A stretch of DNA of 64,000 bases from an uncultured Verrucomicrobiota bacterium (GCA_937894935.1 CALAYC010000215.1:1021-65020), one strand, 5' to 3'; positions 9,002-19,223 are shown, counted from the first letter of the stretch. Translations and numbers: made by a program. Notes: generated from the sequence alone by a model not told the origin.

Positions 9002-9769
9002 TTACTTTCGGTTCAACCGTTGGCGGAGGGCTTTGAGCCGTTGTTCCCAATCGAGCCAATCCAGTTCCCAATCCGGGCCGGTGAGATTGGTTTGCGCGTG
9101 AGGCCAGAGTTTTTCGAGCGCCGCAAGTTCGCTTTGAAACAGTTTGGTGTCCTTCCATTCCAGTGCGGCTTCGGCGAGGTTCAGGCGATTTTCCGGATAG
9201 TCGCTGGCGAGATTGGAGGCGCGTTGAAGGTGTTTGCGCGCGAGTTTTTTGTCGCCGACACTCAGCGGCCAGCCGGGCGCGTTTTGATAAAGCAGACCGA
9301 GATTGCGGTCCGGCCCCGCGAAGGAGAATTTCTCATCAATCTGTCGGGCGCGTTCGAAACTTCGTTCCACTTCCTTGACCATGTTGAAGGCGCTCAGATT
9401 GCGTTTGAGATCGGCGATGCGACCGATGTTCATGCCGAGATAATAATTGGCGGGAGCGGATTGAGCGTCGAGCGCGAGGCTGTGCCGACAGGCGGTGACG
9501 CCTTCACGGAAAACTTTTTCTTTGGCCGCGGGCGTTTTCAAAAGATTGCCCCAGGCGAAACAGGCGCGGCCAAGTTGCCAGGCAGCGATGTGGTTAGTCG
9601 GTTCTGCTGCAAAACGTTCGCGAGCGGTGATGAGTTGTTGCTGAAGATGCGCGACGATGTTCGTGGGCACGGAACTGATGACCTCGTCCGATTGCGCGCT
9701 GAGCCGTGCTCCGGAACAAAGGAGCAATGCCAGTGTTAGTCCAGCGATATGACAAATCCTGCTCCGCAT
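9002..9769 (-). CDS. Secreted TPR-like repeat protein
   Basis: 255 aa with a signal peptide (LALLLCSGARLSAQ) and helical repeat composition with A/Y/L spacing typical of TPR. Confidence 0.55.
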   Translation of the reverse strand: MRSRICHIAGLTLALLLCSGARLSAQSDEVISSVPTNIVAHLQQQLITARERFAAEPTNHIAAWQLGRACFAWGNLLKTPAAKEKVFREGVTACRHSLALDAQSAPANYYLGMNIGRIADLKRNLSAFNMVKEVERSFERARQIDEKFSFAGPDRNLGLLYQNAPGWPLSVGDKKLARKHLQRASNLASDYPENRLNLAEAALEWKDTKLFQSELAALEKLWPHAQTNLTGPDWELDWLDWEQRLKALRQRLNRK

Positions 9770-9820
9770 CTTAAAAATATCTTTCTCCCGACCGTCGCGT
9801 GGGTCTATAGTCTCGCTCCA

Positions 9821-10027
9821 GTGACGACAAAGCGGAAGTTAGTCCAATGGGCGGGAGCTGCAACTCTGGTGCTGGCCACTGCGGGTTGCGGTGGCGTTCG
9901 GGCCTCGCGGAGTGTCTCACCGCTGGATTTTATTCTCCCGGGTTTGATTCAAAATCCGCCGGCCCCGACCACTCCCTCCGCTCCGGTAACCAACACAATC
10001 CAACTCGTCGCTCAAGTCCGCCAATAG
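9821..10027 (+). CDS. Putative small lipoprotein (GTG start)
   Basis: A lipobox LATAGC follows a basic/hydrophobic leader (VTTKRKLVQWAGAATLVLATAGCGG). Its stop lies 3 nt before the radical SAM ATG at 10031. Confidence 0.35.
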   Translation: MTTKRKLVQWAGAATLVLATAGCGGVRASRSVSPLDFILPGLIQNPPAPTTPSAPVTNTIQLVAQVRQ

Positions 10028-10030
10028 ACT

Positions 10031-11461
10031 ATGCGATTCCCCTTCGCGTTGTCGGCGAAAATCGCCGGCCATATCATTAAACATAAGGTCAAGCGCACGC
10101 CGAAGTTTGCGATGGTGCTGCAACTTGAACCGCTGCACACCTGCAATCTGACGTGTACCGGCTGCGGTCGTATTCGCGAATATTCCACGTCGCTCAAAGA
10201 CATGGTGCCGCTGGAAAAATGTCTGCAAGCGGCCGCGGAATGCGATGCACCGATGGTCAGCATTTGCGGTGGTGAACCGCTGATTTATCCGAAGATCGAA
10301 GAACTGGTCGCCGGGCTGCGCGAACAGGGCCGCATCATTTACATCTGCACGAACGGCGTGTTCATGCGGAAAAAAATGCGCGAATACTTTGCCGCCGTCT
10401 ATGACGCCACGGACCCATCACATGAAGCCAGGTTGAAACGGTTGATTGCCGAAAAGCTGGTCAGCGAAAAAGAAGCTGACGCGATTCGCAATGCCGATGC
10501 TGCGGCGAAGCACAAGGTCGTCATTCGTCCAAGCCAATGGATGTATTGGAACGTGCACGTGGACGGATTGGAATTTACGCACGACCTGATTGTCGAACGC
10601 GAAGGTGTTTTCAAAGAATGCGTCGCCGCGATCAAGATGGCGAAGATTCTCGGCTATCAGACCGCGACGAACACGACGGTTTACAAAGAAACCGACGTGC
10701 AGGAACTGGAAGACATGTTCAAGTTCCTCAGTTCGCTGGAAGTGGACGGTCACACGATTTCGCCCGGGTACGATTATGACGCGGCGAAGAAGGACATGGT
10801 GACGCGTCTCGGCAAAGATCCGCAGGAGTTTTTCCTCACGCGCGAGATGACGCGGAAAAAATTCGCGAAGATCGAGGAGTGGGGAAATCTGTTCACGATT
10901 TTTGGCACGCCGGTGTATCAGGAATTTCTCGCGGGCAAACGTGAGTTGACCTGCACTGCGTGGGCGATTCCGACCTACAACATCAAGGGTTGGAAAGCGC
11001 CGTGTTACCTGATGACCGATGGGCATTACGAGCGTTACGCCGAAATGCTGGAGAAGGTGAAATGGGAGAACTACGGCGTGGTGGACGGCAAAGCGCGCGA
11101 TCCGCGATGCGAAAACTGCATGGTGCATTGCGGCTACGATCCCAGCGGCGCGCTTGGCACGAATTATCAGAGCGGCGATAACTGGAAAAATTTCAAATAC
11201 AACTTCTGGCCACGCCCGAAACCGTTTCCCGCGAGTGAAGAACTCGTCAAACGCGCTTTCAATGGCGTGAGCATCGGCAAAGGTCATCTCGCCGAAGCGA
11301 AAGCGGCTATTAATTCTCCGCGTGCGGCGATGAACGGCGCTCAGTCGGTTTTCCAACGTCGCGAAGAAAATCACGCTGCTGGAAACGGTTCATGCAGTTC
11401 CGGAGACGGTGGCGAGCCCGCCGCCGTTGCGACGGGAAAATCTGCGACTACTGAAAGTTGA
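10031..11461 (+). CDS. Radical SAM protein of the HpnH (adenosylhopane synthase)/DUF3463 family
   Basis: It has a CNLTCTGC radical SAM triad, SICGGEPL, and a C-terminal DUF3463-like region (ISPGYDYD, CTAWAIPTYNIKGWKAPCYL, CENCMVHCGYDP). By eye it is colinear with HpnH, but it has an extra ~65 aa insert and a ~70 aa tail. Confidence 0.7.
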   Translation: MRFPFALSAKIAGHIIKHKVKRTPKFAMVLQLEPLHTCNLTCTGCGRIREYSTSLKDMVPLEKCLQAAAECDAPMVSICGGEPLIYPKIEELVAGLREQGRIIYICTNGVFMRKKMREYFAAVYDATDPSHEARLKRLIAEKLVSEKEADAIRNADAAAKHKVVIRPSQWMYWNVHVDGLEFTHDLIVEREGVFKECVAAIKMAKILGYQTATNTTVYKETDVQELEDMFKFLSSLEVDGHTISPGYDYDAAKKDMVTRLGKDPQEFFLTREMTRKKFAKIEEWGNLFTIFGTPVYQEFLAGKRELTCTAWAIPTYNIKGWKAPCYLMTDGHYERYAEMLEKVKWENYGVVDGKARDPRCENCMVHCGYDPSGALGTNYQSGDNWKNFKYNFWPRPKPFPASEELVKRAFNGVSIGKGHLAEAKAAINSPRAAMNGAQSVFQRREENHAAGNGSCSSGDGGEPAAVATGKSATTES

Positions 11462-11535
11462 TTGTAGCTCGCTGAGGCATCGCGCCCCATGTGGTCAAAA
11501 GTTTTGTCGGGAAAAGATCGCTGCGTTGAATCTGT

Positions 11536-11889
11536 ATGACGACGAAGCATCGGGTCTTTGCGATCAATTTTGCCAAGGTTTATCCGCTCTACATTGCCAA
11601 GGCTGAGAGGAAGGGGCGCACGAAAGCAGAGGTCGATACCATCATCAGGTGGCTGACGGGTTACACACCGCGGCAATTGGAAAAACAACTGGCAAAGCAG
11701 ACGGATTTGGAAACTTTCTTCAAGGAAGCGCCTGAGTTGAATCCCGCGCGAGCGTTAATCAAAGGAACGGTTTGCGGTGTTTGCGTAGAAGACATCGAAG
11801 ACCCGACAATGCGGGAAATTCGCTATCTCGATAAGTTGATTGATGAGCTGGCGAAAGGGAAACCGATGGAAAAGATTTTGCGGTCGTAG
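11536..11889 (+). CDS. DUF2200 family protein
   Basis: 117 aa. The sequence [32 protein letters not shown] matches my memory of DUF2200. Confidence 0.65.
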   Translation: MTTKHRVFAINFAKVYPLYIAKAERKGRTKAEVDTIIRWLTGYTPRQLEKQLAKQTDLETFFKEAPELNPARALIKGTVCGVCVEDIEDPTMREIRYLDKLIDELAKGKPMEKILRS

Positions 11890-11891
11890 AA

Positions 11892-12809
11892 TCACTCCTG
11901 CGGATGCTTCCACAACATCCCGGCCTTCAACCATTCGCTCATCAGGCTGCGAAACGCGGCGGCGGGCGGCGATTCCACTTCATCTGACCAGACCATGACC
12001 AGCTCAACCGAACGCGCGGGACTGAGCGGGCGGAAGACGACGGGTTGACCGTTGCCGAGCGAGCTGACGCTGTCCGGGATGACTCCGCAACCGGCGCCGG
12101 CTTCCACGTAACTCAACACGGTGCTGATGAGGCTGGGAGTGTGTGCGAGCTTCGGAGTGAACTTCGCTTCGCGACACGCATCGAGAATGGCATCGTGCAG
12201 ACCCACACCTTCACGTCGTGCGAGAATAATCAAAGGTTCGTTTGCGAGGGCACGCCAGCGAACAGTTTTGTTCTTTGCCAGTGCGTGGTCTTGCGGCAAC
12301 GCTACGCAGAGGCGTTCATGACGCAGCAAAGCGGTTTTTAAACCGAGCGCCGGACTCGCGAGTACGGGTCGGGTCAAACCAATATGAAGCCGACCGCGTA
12401 CGACCATTTCCCAGACGCGTTCGGGAGTGCGTTCTTCGAGGTTCAATGACACGCGAGGATGACGACGGCGGAATTCCTGTAGAATGCGCCCGAGAAAATC
12501 CTGGGTGGGCGGTCCGATGAATCCGAGACGCAGTTCGCCTTCTTCGCCGGCGGCGGTGCGTTGGACTTTTCGTAACGCTTCGTCGAGACGCTGCAGGAGC
12601 AAACCGATTTCATTCAACAGGACGCGACCGGCCGCGGTGAGAGCGACGGAGCGGCGATTGCGATCCAGCAACGTCACGCCGAGTTCGGATTCCAATTCCA
12701 TGACGGCACGGCTCAGCGCGGGTTGCGCGATGTGCAAGCGTCGCGCGGCTTTCGAAAAACTCAATTCTTCGGCGACCGCCTGGAAGTAGCGCAGGTGACG
12801 GAAATCCAT
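11892..12809 (-). CDS. LysR-family transcriptional regulator
   Basis: It has an N-terminal wHTH (LRYFQAVAEELSFSKAARRLHIAQPALSRAV) and a LysR substrate-binding fold. It is divergent from the ABC importer. Confidence 0.9.
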   Translation of the reverse strand: MDFRHLRYFQAVAEELSFSKAARRLHIAQPALSRAVMELESELGVTLLDRNRRSVALTAAGRVLLNEIGLLLQRLDEALRKVQRTAAGEEGELRLGFIGPPTQDFLGRILQEFRRRHPRVSLNLEERTPERVWEMVVRGRLHIGLTRPVLASPALGLKTALLRHERLCVALPQDHALAKNKTVRWRALANEPLIILARREGVGLHDAILDACREAKFTPKLAHTPSLISTVLSYVEAGAGCGVIPDSVSSLGNGQPVVFRPLSPARSVELVMVWSDEVESPPAAAFRSLMSEWLKAGMLWKHPQE

Positions 12810-12823
12810 GCGGATGATGTTAA

Positions 12824-12838
12824 TGCCGGCGCGGCATA
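12824..12838. promoter_or_regulatory. Candidate LysR box (T-N11-A) in a divergent promoter
   Basis: ATGCCG-gcg-CGGCAT is a 6-bp-arm perfect inverted repeat between the LysR start (12809) and the SBP gene (12896). Confidence 0.3.
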
Positions 12839-12895
12839 ACTCCTATAACTAAAAAAGATTTCTGTTGTCAGGCCAGTCTCTCCAAGATACGCCGG

Positions 12896-13939
12896 TTGAA
12901 ATTTGGAAAATCCATTTTAATTACGTCGGTGCTGTGGCTGGTGATTATCACTTTGCTGCACGGCGCGCTGAATTTGAAATGGTTCGCGCCTAAGGCGGCG
13001 GGTGCGACGGAAAAGTTTCGCATCGGTTTTCTGCCGGTGACGTGTCATCTCACGTGTCCGGTCACGGACTTCATCACGAAGCAGAAGGACGGGGTAGGGA
13101 TTTTTGAACCGGTGCGCTTTAACGGTTGGCCGGAATTGAAGGAAGCGTATTTGTCCGGTTACACACCGGCGACATTTATTCTCGCGCCGATGGCGATCGC
13201 ACTGCGGGAACAAGGCGTGCCGCTCAAAATTGTGTACCTCGGACATCGCGACGGAACAGCGGTGATGGTGCATAAGGATTCAGGGATTTATCGAATGGAA
13301 GACCTGCGTGGGAAACGCATCGCGGTGCCGAATAGATATTCGAATCAGCGGTTATTGATCTTCCGAGCGCTGCGGCAGGCAGGCATGACAATCAAAGATA
13401 TTGAGATGATTGAAATGCCGCCGCCGGACATGCCAGCGGCGTTGTATGCGAAAGCGGTGGACGCGATTTCGAGCGGCGAACCGTTCATGGGGCAAACAGA
13501 GTTGGATGGTTACGGTCGCGTGTTGTGGCTGACGAAAGATGTGTGGCCGAACTTTATTTCGTGCGTGCTCGCGGTGCATGAAGACATGATTAAGAATCAT
13601 CGCGAGCAAGTGCAGGCGCTCGTGGATGGTATTGCAAAGAGTGGTAAATGGCTGGATGTGGATATGACCAATCGCATGGATGCCGCGCAGTTTGTGTCGA
13701 AGAATTATTACAATCAGGACCCGCGCTTGTTGGAATTTGTGCTGAGCAAACCGCCGGATCGCGTGAAGTACACGAACCTGTCGTTGCGGCGAAAAGATTT
13801 TGAAGAGATTGAAGATCTCGGACGCGAAGCGGGAATTCTGGAAGGTAAGGCGCATTTTGAAGATTACACCGATGTATCCTTTGTGCCGGACGATTCGGTG
13901 GTGCAACCGCATGTCTGGGAGGGACTGAAGAAACCATGA
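12896..13939 (+). CDS. ABC transporter substrate-binding protein, NitT/TauT (NMT1-like) family
   Basis: 347 aa with a TTG start and an N-terminal TM/signal. It is followed by the permease and ATPase of the same family. Confidence 0.8.
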   Translation: MKFGKSILITSVLWLVIITLLHGALNLKWFAPKAAGATEKFRIGFLPVTCHLTCPVTDFITKQKDGVGIFEPVRFNGWPELKEAYLSGYTPATFILAPMAIALREQGVPLKIVYLGHRDGTAVMVHKDSGIYRMEDLRGKRIAVPNRYSNQRLLIFRALRQAGMTIKDIEMIEMPPPDMPAALYAKAVDAISSGEPFMGQTELDGYGRVLWLTKDVWPNFISCVLAVHEDMIKNHREQVQALVDGIAKSGKWLDVDMTNRMDAAQFVSKNYYNQDPRLLEFVLSKPPDRVKYTNLSLRRKDFEEIEDLGREAGILEGKAHFEDYTDVSFVPDDSVVQPHVWEGLKKP

Positions 13940-14742
13940 GCGGCAGCAGTGGTAATGGCAAAGGAGCGGCGGTTCGAGTTCGCGTGGAGCGTGGCAAATT
14001 ATTTTTGCCGATTGGAACAATCATTCTGTTTCTACTCGCATGGGATGTTGCGGTGCGGATTTCTGGAAGTGATTTGTTCCCGACGCCAATTCAAGTGGCG
14101 AAAGGTATCAAGGAACTCGCGGAAAAAGGTTTGTTGTTGAAATATATCGTGGCATCGCTGTTTCGTGTCAGTTGGGGTTTCGGTGGTGCGGTGCTGGTGG
14201 GAGTTCCGCTGGGATTGGTGTTGGGCTGGTTTCGACCGGCGTTCTTCGCGATGAATCCATTGATTCAAATCCTTCGCCCGATTTCTCCGATTGCGTGGAT
14301 TCCGGTGGCGATTCTCTGGTTTGGCGTCAAAGATACTGCGCCGATTTTTCTGATTTTTCTCGCGAGCGTTTTTCCCATCACCGTGTCGGCAATGGCCGCG
14401 GTGCAGAACATGCAATCGGTTTACATTCGCGCGGCGCAAAATTTCGGGCTCACCGGTTTTTCATTATTTCGACGCGTGATTTTTCCGGCGGCATTGCCGC
14501 AGATCATCACCGGGATCCGGATTGCGCTCGGCGTTGCGTGGTTGGTGGTGGTGGCGGCGGAGATGATCGCGGTGAACTCCGGACTGGGTTACCTCATCAT
14601 TGATGCGCGCAATGCGGGTAAACGCTACGACCTGGTCGTGGCAGGGATGGCGTTGATTGGTGCGATCGGGTTGGTGCTGGATTTGTTAGTGCGCCGGTTG
14701 GAGAAATTTGACGAAGTTCGCTGGGGTTATGGCCAACGTTGA
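13936..14742 (+). CDS. ABC transporter permease, NitT/TauT family
   Basis: 268 aa with 6 TM helices and an EAA-like loop. It has an ATGA overlap with the SBP gene. Confidence 0.85.
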   Translation: MSGSSGNGKGAAVRVRVERGKLFLPIGTIILFLLAWDVAVRISGSDLFPTPIQVAKGIKELAEKGLLLKYIVASLFRVSWGFGGAVLVGVPLGLVLGWFRPAFFAMNPLIQILRPISPIAWIPVAILWFGVKDTAPIFLIFLASVFPITVSAMAAVQNMQSVYIRAAQNFGLTGFSLFRRVIFPAALPQIITGIRIALGVAWLVVVAAEMIAVNSGLGYLIIDARNAGKRYDLVVAGMALIGAIGLVLDLLVRRLEKFDEVRWGYGQR

Positions 14743-15517
14743 ACCACTCATTCGCGTCCGCGATACCTGGATGTCGTTTCCCGGCAAGAGCAACGGGAAA
14801 TATGTTCACGTGCTTGAAAACGTGAACTTCGATATTCGCGCGGGCGAATTTGTCTGCATCGTCGGGCCATCGGGCTGCGGCAAATCCACGATGCTGAATA
14901 TCCTCGGTGGTTTCCTCAAAGAGACTCGCGGAGAAGTGCGAGTGGAAGGCGCGCCGGTGACCGGGCCGGATCCCGGCCGGATTTTTGTGTTTCAGGAGAA
15001 CGGCGTTTTTCCGTGGCTGACCGTGGAACAGAACGTCGGCTTTGGATTGTTAGCGCGACCGGAGGGGGAACGCGAGCAGCGGGTGAAGCATTACATTCAG
15101 ATGGTCGGCCTGACAGGATTTGAAAAATCGTATCCGCGCGAACTTTCCGGTGGAATGCGACAACGCGTGGAAATCGCTCGGGCACTCGCAGCGGAAGCGC
15201 GTGTGCTTTATATGGACGAACCTTTCGGCGCGCTCGACTTTCTGACGCGATTAAAAATGCGTAACGATCTCATTCGCATCTGGCAGGCGGAACACAAGAC
15301 GGTGATTTTTGTGACGCACGATATCGAAGAGGCCGTGCAGATGGCGGATCGAGTGTTGGTGATGAGTCGTCGTCCCGCGACCGTGCAGGCGGAAGTGGTG
15401 GTGGATTTGCCGCGACCGCGCGATCTCGATGCGCCTGGTTATCTTGAAGCGCGCGACAAAATTTTTTCCATCATGGGCATGGACGCGCACGGCGGTGGAG
15501 CAGGGGAGCCGAAGTAA
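14729..15517 (+). CDS. ABC transporter ATP-binding protein, NitT/TauT family
   Basis: It has Walker A GPSGCGKST, the signature LSGGMRQR and Walker B LYMDEPF. The start may be 14708 or 14729. Confidence 0.9.
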   Translation: MANVEPLIRVRDTWMSFPGKSNGKYVHVLENVNFDIRAGEFVCIVGPSGCGKSTMLNILGGFLKETRGEVRVEGAPVTGPDPGRIFVFQENGVFPWLTVEQNVGFGLLARPEGEREQRVKHYIQMVGLTGFEKSYPRELSGGMRQRVEIARALAAEARVLYMDEPFGALDFLTRLKMRNDLIRIWQAEHKTVIFVTHDIEEAVQMADRVLVMSRRPATVQAEVVVDLPRPRDLDAPGYLEARDKIFSIMGMDAHGGGAGEPK

Positions 15518-15548
15518 ACTTCAATCTGTTTTTCGTAGAAATTCAAAT

Positions 15549-15959
15549 TCAGTCAGTCGTTTGTAGAGTTTTTCCCAGTCGGCTTCGTTTCAATCCTCGC
15601 ACCAGCGTGACGAAACCAATGATTAATCCGCCGCCGATCAGATTTTCTCGGGCGTTAGGTGGAAAAATCAGGATGTAGCCGGCGTCTTTGACGAGTGCGG
15701 CGAAACTCGAGACGCAGAACGGCATTAGATAAAGCCGAAACGTTTGCCAGCGATCTAATGCCATCGTGCCTTTGCTTGAAGAGCGAGTGCTGATGACGAG
15801 CGCCGTGCCGATGATGAAACTCAGTCCCACCGACGTCAGCCACAAGCGCGGACGCGGATCGAAATGCGTCGTCACATTGACGGCGTACCAGATTGCGTAG
15901 CACCAGAGAATGATTCGACCGGTTGTCAGCCGGGCAAGATAACGGAGCAATTGCCTCAT
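15549..15959 (-). CDS. Hypothetical 4-TM membrane protein
   Basis: 136 aa with a hydrophobic helix pattern. I recognise no family. Confidence 0.45.
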   Translation of the reverse strand: MRQLLRYLARLTTGRIILWCYAIWYAVNVTTHFDPRPRLWLTSVGLSFIIGTALVISTRSSSKGTMALDRWQTFRLYLMPFCVSSFAALVKDAGYILIFPPNARENLIGGGLIIGFVTLVRGLKRSRLGKTLQTTD

Positions 15960-16096
15960 GCGTTATCCACGAAAATCAAGTTGTCCCCTCTTTTCAAGCG
16001 AACAATCGACGTAATCAAATGGTGTTATGGATTGGAAAAGTTTTTGCAAAGTCAGAACGGAAAGCTGGTCAGCACCGCAGCAGCATGATGTAATGC

Positions 16097-16396
16097 GTGA
16101 CGATGAAAACTGTGACTGTAGTGGCGACGTTTGAAGCCCGACCGGGAAAAGAATTGGAATTGCGTAATGCGTTGATGGGACTCGTCGCACCCACGCGAAA
16201 GGAAAACGGGTGTTTGAATTACGATTTGCATGTGTTGCCGGAGAATCCCGCCCGATTTCTCTTTCACGAAAACTGGACTTCGAAAGCTGCGTTGGATGCG
16301 CATTTGCAGAACACGCATCTCCAGGCGTTTTTGCCGCGTCTCGACGAACTGTGCGTGAAGCCACCGGAGATTGTGATCTGGGAACGCATCGCGTGA
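16097..16396 (+). CDS. ABM-domain (YgiN-like) putative quinol monooxygenase
   Basis: 99 aa. The sequence VVATFEARPGKELELRNALMGLVAPTRKENGCLNYDLH...FHENWTSKAALDAHL is a typical ABM fold sequence. Confidence 0.75.
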   Translation: MTMKTVTVVATFEARPGKELELRNALMGLVAPTRKENGCLNYDLHVLPENPARFLFHENWTSKAALDAHLQNTHLQAFLPRLDELCVKPPEIVIWERIA

Positions 16397-16484
16397 GCGG
16401 TGCCTACCTGAATATGTTGCAATAAAGCGTGGCGCGCGGCTTGACGACGGTACGTAGCATGGCGGAAAATTCCGTCGCTGTACC

Positions 16485-17801
16485 ATGAATACAACCAAAG
16501 TTTCGTTAGCTTCCACTCGCCGCGATTTTCTGAAAACTACTGCCCTGGCCGGGGCCACGTTGGCCGCACCGGCGATTCTGCCCGGTAAACTTTTTGCCGC
16601 GAATTCGCAAACGTTGCGCATTGGATTAATTGGTTGTGGCGGTCGCGGGACCGGAGCTGCCAGCAATGCGTTGCGCGCCGATCCGAATGTGGAATTGGTC
16701 GCGATGGGCGACGCGTTCTCTGATCAGATTGAGAAAAGTCTGAAGGCGTTGCGTTCTGATGCTGAGCTGGCGCCGAAAGTTAAAGTGACGCCGGAGAAAT
16801 GTTTCGCCGGGTTCGACGCGTATCAGAAGGTGATTGATAGCGGTGTGGACGTGGTGCTGTTGACTTCGCCACCCGGTTTTCGCCCGCAACATCTCAAAGC
16901 TGCCGTTGCCGCGGGAAAACATATCTTTGCGGAAAAACCGATGGCGGTGGATGCAACGGGCGTTCGTTCGGTGCTCGCGAGTGCGGCGGAAGCGAAGGAG
17001 AAGAAGCTCTCGCTGGTGGCAGGATTTTGTTACCGCTACAACAACGGTGTGCGCGCGTTCATGGAGCAGATTCACAACGGCGCGATCGGGGATGTGCGGG
17101 CGATTCATACGGCTTACAACACCGGTGGTTTGTGGTCAAAGGCGCGCCAGCCTGGTTGGACGGACATGGAATGGCAGGTGCGCAACTGGATGTATTTTAC
17201 GTGGCTTTCGGGCGATCACATCGCTGAACAGGCGGTGCATAATCTCGACAAAATGTCGTGGGTGATGAAAGACGTGCCGCCGGAGCGGTGCATGGCGATT
17301 GGCGGACGACAGGCACGCACAGCTCCCGAATACGGTCACATCTTCGATCACTTCGGAGTGGTGTACGAATACGCCGATGGCGTGCGCGCATTTCATTTCT
17401 GTCGGCAACAAACAAATACCGCGCCGGACAACTCCGATTACGTCATGGGTTCTGATGGCGTGGCCCACATCGTGCGCGCGTTCAGCGGGCCGTTCGTGAT
17501 TCGCGGTAGTAAGAACAATTGGCGTTTCCGGGAGGAACAGAAGGCGCGGGACATGTATCAGAACGAACACAACGAGTTGTTCGCTTCGATCCGCAAGGGC
17601 GAGCCGATCAACGACGGTGAATGGATGGCGAAATCCACGTTGCTGGCGGTGATGGGACGTATGGCTGCTTATACCGGTCAGATTGTGACCTGGGAAGAGG
17701 CGTTGAATGCGAAGGAAAATCTGTTTCCGGAAAACCTTTCCTGGGATACGCCCATCAGCGTGCCGCCGGTGGCAATTCCGGGATTCACGCAAATCTCCTG
17801 A
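16485..17801 (+). CDS. Gfo/Idh/MocA-family oxidoreductase with TAT signal
   Basis: It has a TAT signal (TRRDFLKTTALAGA) and Rossmann GLIGCGGRG and EKP motifs. Confidence 0.85.
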   Translation: MNTTKVSLASTRRDFLKTTALAGATLAAPAILPGKLFAANSQTLRIGLIGCGGRGTGAASNALRADPNVELVAMGDAFSDQIEKSLKALRSDAELAPKVKVTPEKCFAGFDAYQKVIDSGVDVVLLTSPPGFRPQHLKAAVAAGKHIFAEKPMAVDATGVRSVLASAAEAKEKKLSLVAGFCYRYNNGVRAFMEQIHNGAIGDVRAIHTAYNTGGLWSKARQPGWTDMEWQVRNWMYFTWLSGDHIAEQAVHNLDKMSWVMKDVPPERCMAIGGRQARTAPEYGHIFDHFGVVYEYADGVRAFHFCRQQTNTAPDNSDYVMGSDGVAHIVRAFSGPFVIRGSKNNWRFREEQKARDMYQNEHNELFASIRKGEPINDGEWMAKSTLLAVMGRMAAYTGQIVTWEEALNAKENLFPENLSWDTPISVPPVAIPGFTQIS

Positions 17802-18703
17802 TGAGCATGGCGCTGAATCGCCGGAAATTTTTGCGTGTGAGCGGTGCGACGTTGGCGTTGGCCGCTACGGCGCCTCTGGCGCTGGCTGAAACGTCGTCCC
17901 AGCGCGCCCACAAAAAAGGAATCATGTGGGCGACGGTTGGCGTGAAAGGTTCGATTCGGGAAAAAATGAAAGCCATCAAAGCGGCGGGTTTTGATGGCGT
18001 GGAGATGACGAGTCATCTGGACCAGGCTGAAGTGCTGGCGGCGCGGGAGGAGACCGGTCTGGAAATTACCAGCGTTTGCGGGGCGCATCATTGGGCGAAA
18101 CCGTTGTCGCATCCGGATGCGGCAGTGCGCGCGGAAGGATTGGCAGCGCTGCAACAAACGTTGCAGGATGCGAAAACTTACGGCGCGGATTCGATTTTAC
18201 TCGTGCCGGGTGTGGTCAACAAAGACGCGGATTTCAATGCGTGTTGGCAGCGTTCCATCGAGCAAATCCGCGAAGCCATTCCGTTGGCGAAGGAACTGGG
18301 CGTGAAAATTTCCATCGAGAACGTCTGGAATAATTTCATCACGACGGAAGACGTTGCGGTGCGCTATCTCGACGAAATCAACAGCCCGTGGGTGCAATGG
18401 CATTTCGACGTGGGCAACATCATTCGCTACGGCGATCCGATTGCGTGGATTAAAGCGCTCGGGAAACGCATCACGCGCGTTCACATCAAGGAATACAGTC
18501 GAGACAAGGCGATGCGTACCGGCGATGTCTGGCAGGGATTTCGAGTGCCGTTGCTGGAAGGAGCGAATAACTGGTCCGGTATCATGAAGGCGCTCGATGA
18601 CGTCGGTTATCGTGACTATCTGATTACGGAACAGCCGGGTGGTGATTCGCCGGAAGGTTTGCGTGATTTGTGCGCGCGGCTGGGAAAAATTATTGCGCTG
18701 TAA
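17801..18703 (+). CDS. Sugar phosphate isomerase/epimerase (xylose-isomerase-like TIM barrel) with TAT signal
   Basis: It has an ATGA overlap with the upstream gene, a TAT signal (NRRKFLRVSGATLALA) and an IENVWN metal-site-like motif. Confidence 0.8.
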   Translation: MSMALNRRKFLRVSGATLALAATAPLALAETSSQRAHKKGIMWATVGVKGSIREKMKAIKAAGFDGVEMTSHLDQAEVLAAREETGLEITSVCGAHHWAKPLSHPDAAVRAEGLAALQQTLQDAKTYGADSILLVPGVVNKDADFNACWQRSIEQIREAIPLAKELGVKISIENVWNNFITTEDVAVRYLDEINSPWVQWHFDVGNIIRYGDPIAWIKALGKRITRVHIKEYSRDKAMRTGDVWQGFRVPLLEGANNWSGIMKALDDVGYRDYLITEQPGGDSPEGLRDLCARLGKIIAL

Positions 18704-19223
18704 GTCGCAGGTGTGGTTTCACCGCCGTTACGAGCGCGTCGGGCAACCGCTTCATTTTTTCTTCAAGGCTCATGCAAACGTGGTGCGTTTCGGCATTGAG
18801 AATCAGTACGCTCGACTGATTGACGATGCGATATCCGAAGTTAAGTCGCACTCGTTCAGCGGTGGTTAGCCACACTTCTACATTCAGAACATCGTCGTAA
18901 CGGGCCAGCGCCTTGTAGCGAAGTTGTGCTTCAGCCACCGGGAACATGAAACCCTGTTCCTGCCATTGCAGGAACGTGACGCCCAGATGGCGAAAGAATT
19001 CGCCGCGCGCGGCTTCAAGAATGCCAAGATAGTTGGCGTAATAGACGTGATTACCCAAAGTGCAATCGCGATACGTGACGCGGTACGGATAAACGAACGG
19101 AGTCGAATTCACGCGGCGGAGCGTAAGTGGATGCGCGGAAAGTTCAACGGCGAAGTCGGCGGAGGAAAGAATTGCCAGCGCTGCGAGTGCGTTTATGTTG
19201 GGGTAATGAATTCGGACTGGCAA
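18690..19223 (-). CDS. Acyl-CoA thioesterase, 4HBT/YbgC-like hot-dog fold
   Basis: The core YRVTYRDCTLGNHVYYANYLGILEAARGEFF is typical of the family. The real start may be the GTG at 19112, which would remove the overlap with the small divergent ORF. Confidence 0.7.
   Translation of the reverse strand: MPVRIHYPNINALAALAILSSADFAVELSAHPLTLRRVNSTPFVYPYRVTYRDCTLGNHVYYANYLGILEAARGEFFRHLGVTFLQWQEQGFMFPVAEAQLRYKALARYDDVLNVEVWLTTAERVRLNFGYRIVNQSSVLILNAETHHVCMSLEEKMKRLPDALVTAVKPHLRLTAQ

Noticed and set aside
10031-11461. Calling a hopanoid biosynthesis cluster from the HpnH-like gene.
   Set aside because: No squalene-hopene cyclase or other hpn genes are in the neighbourhood. Only the single enzyme family can be supported.
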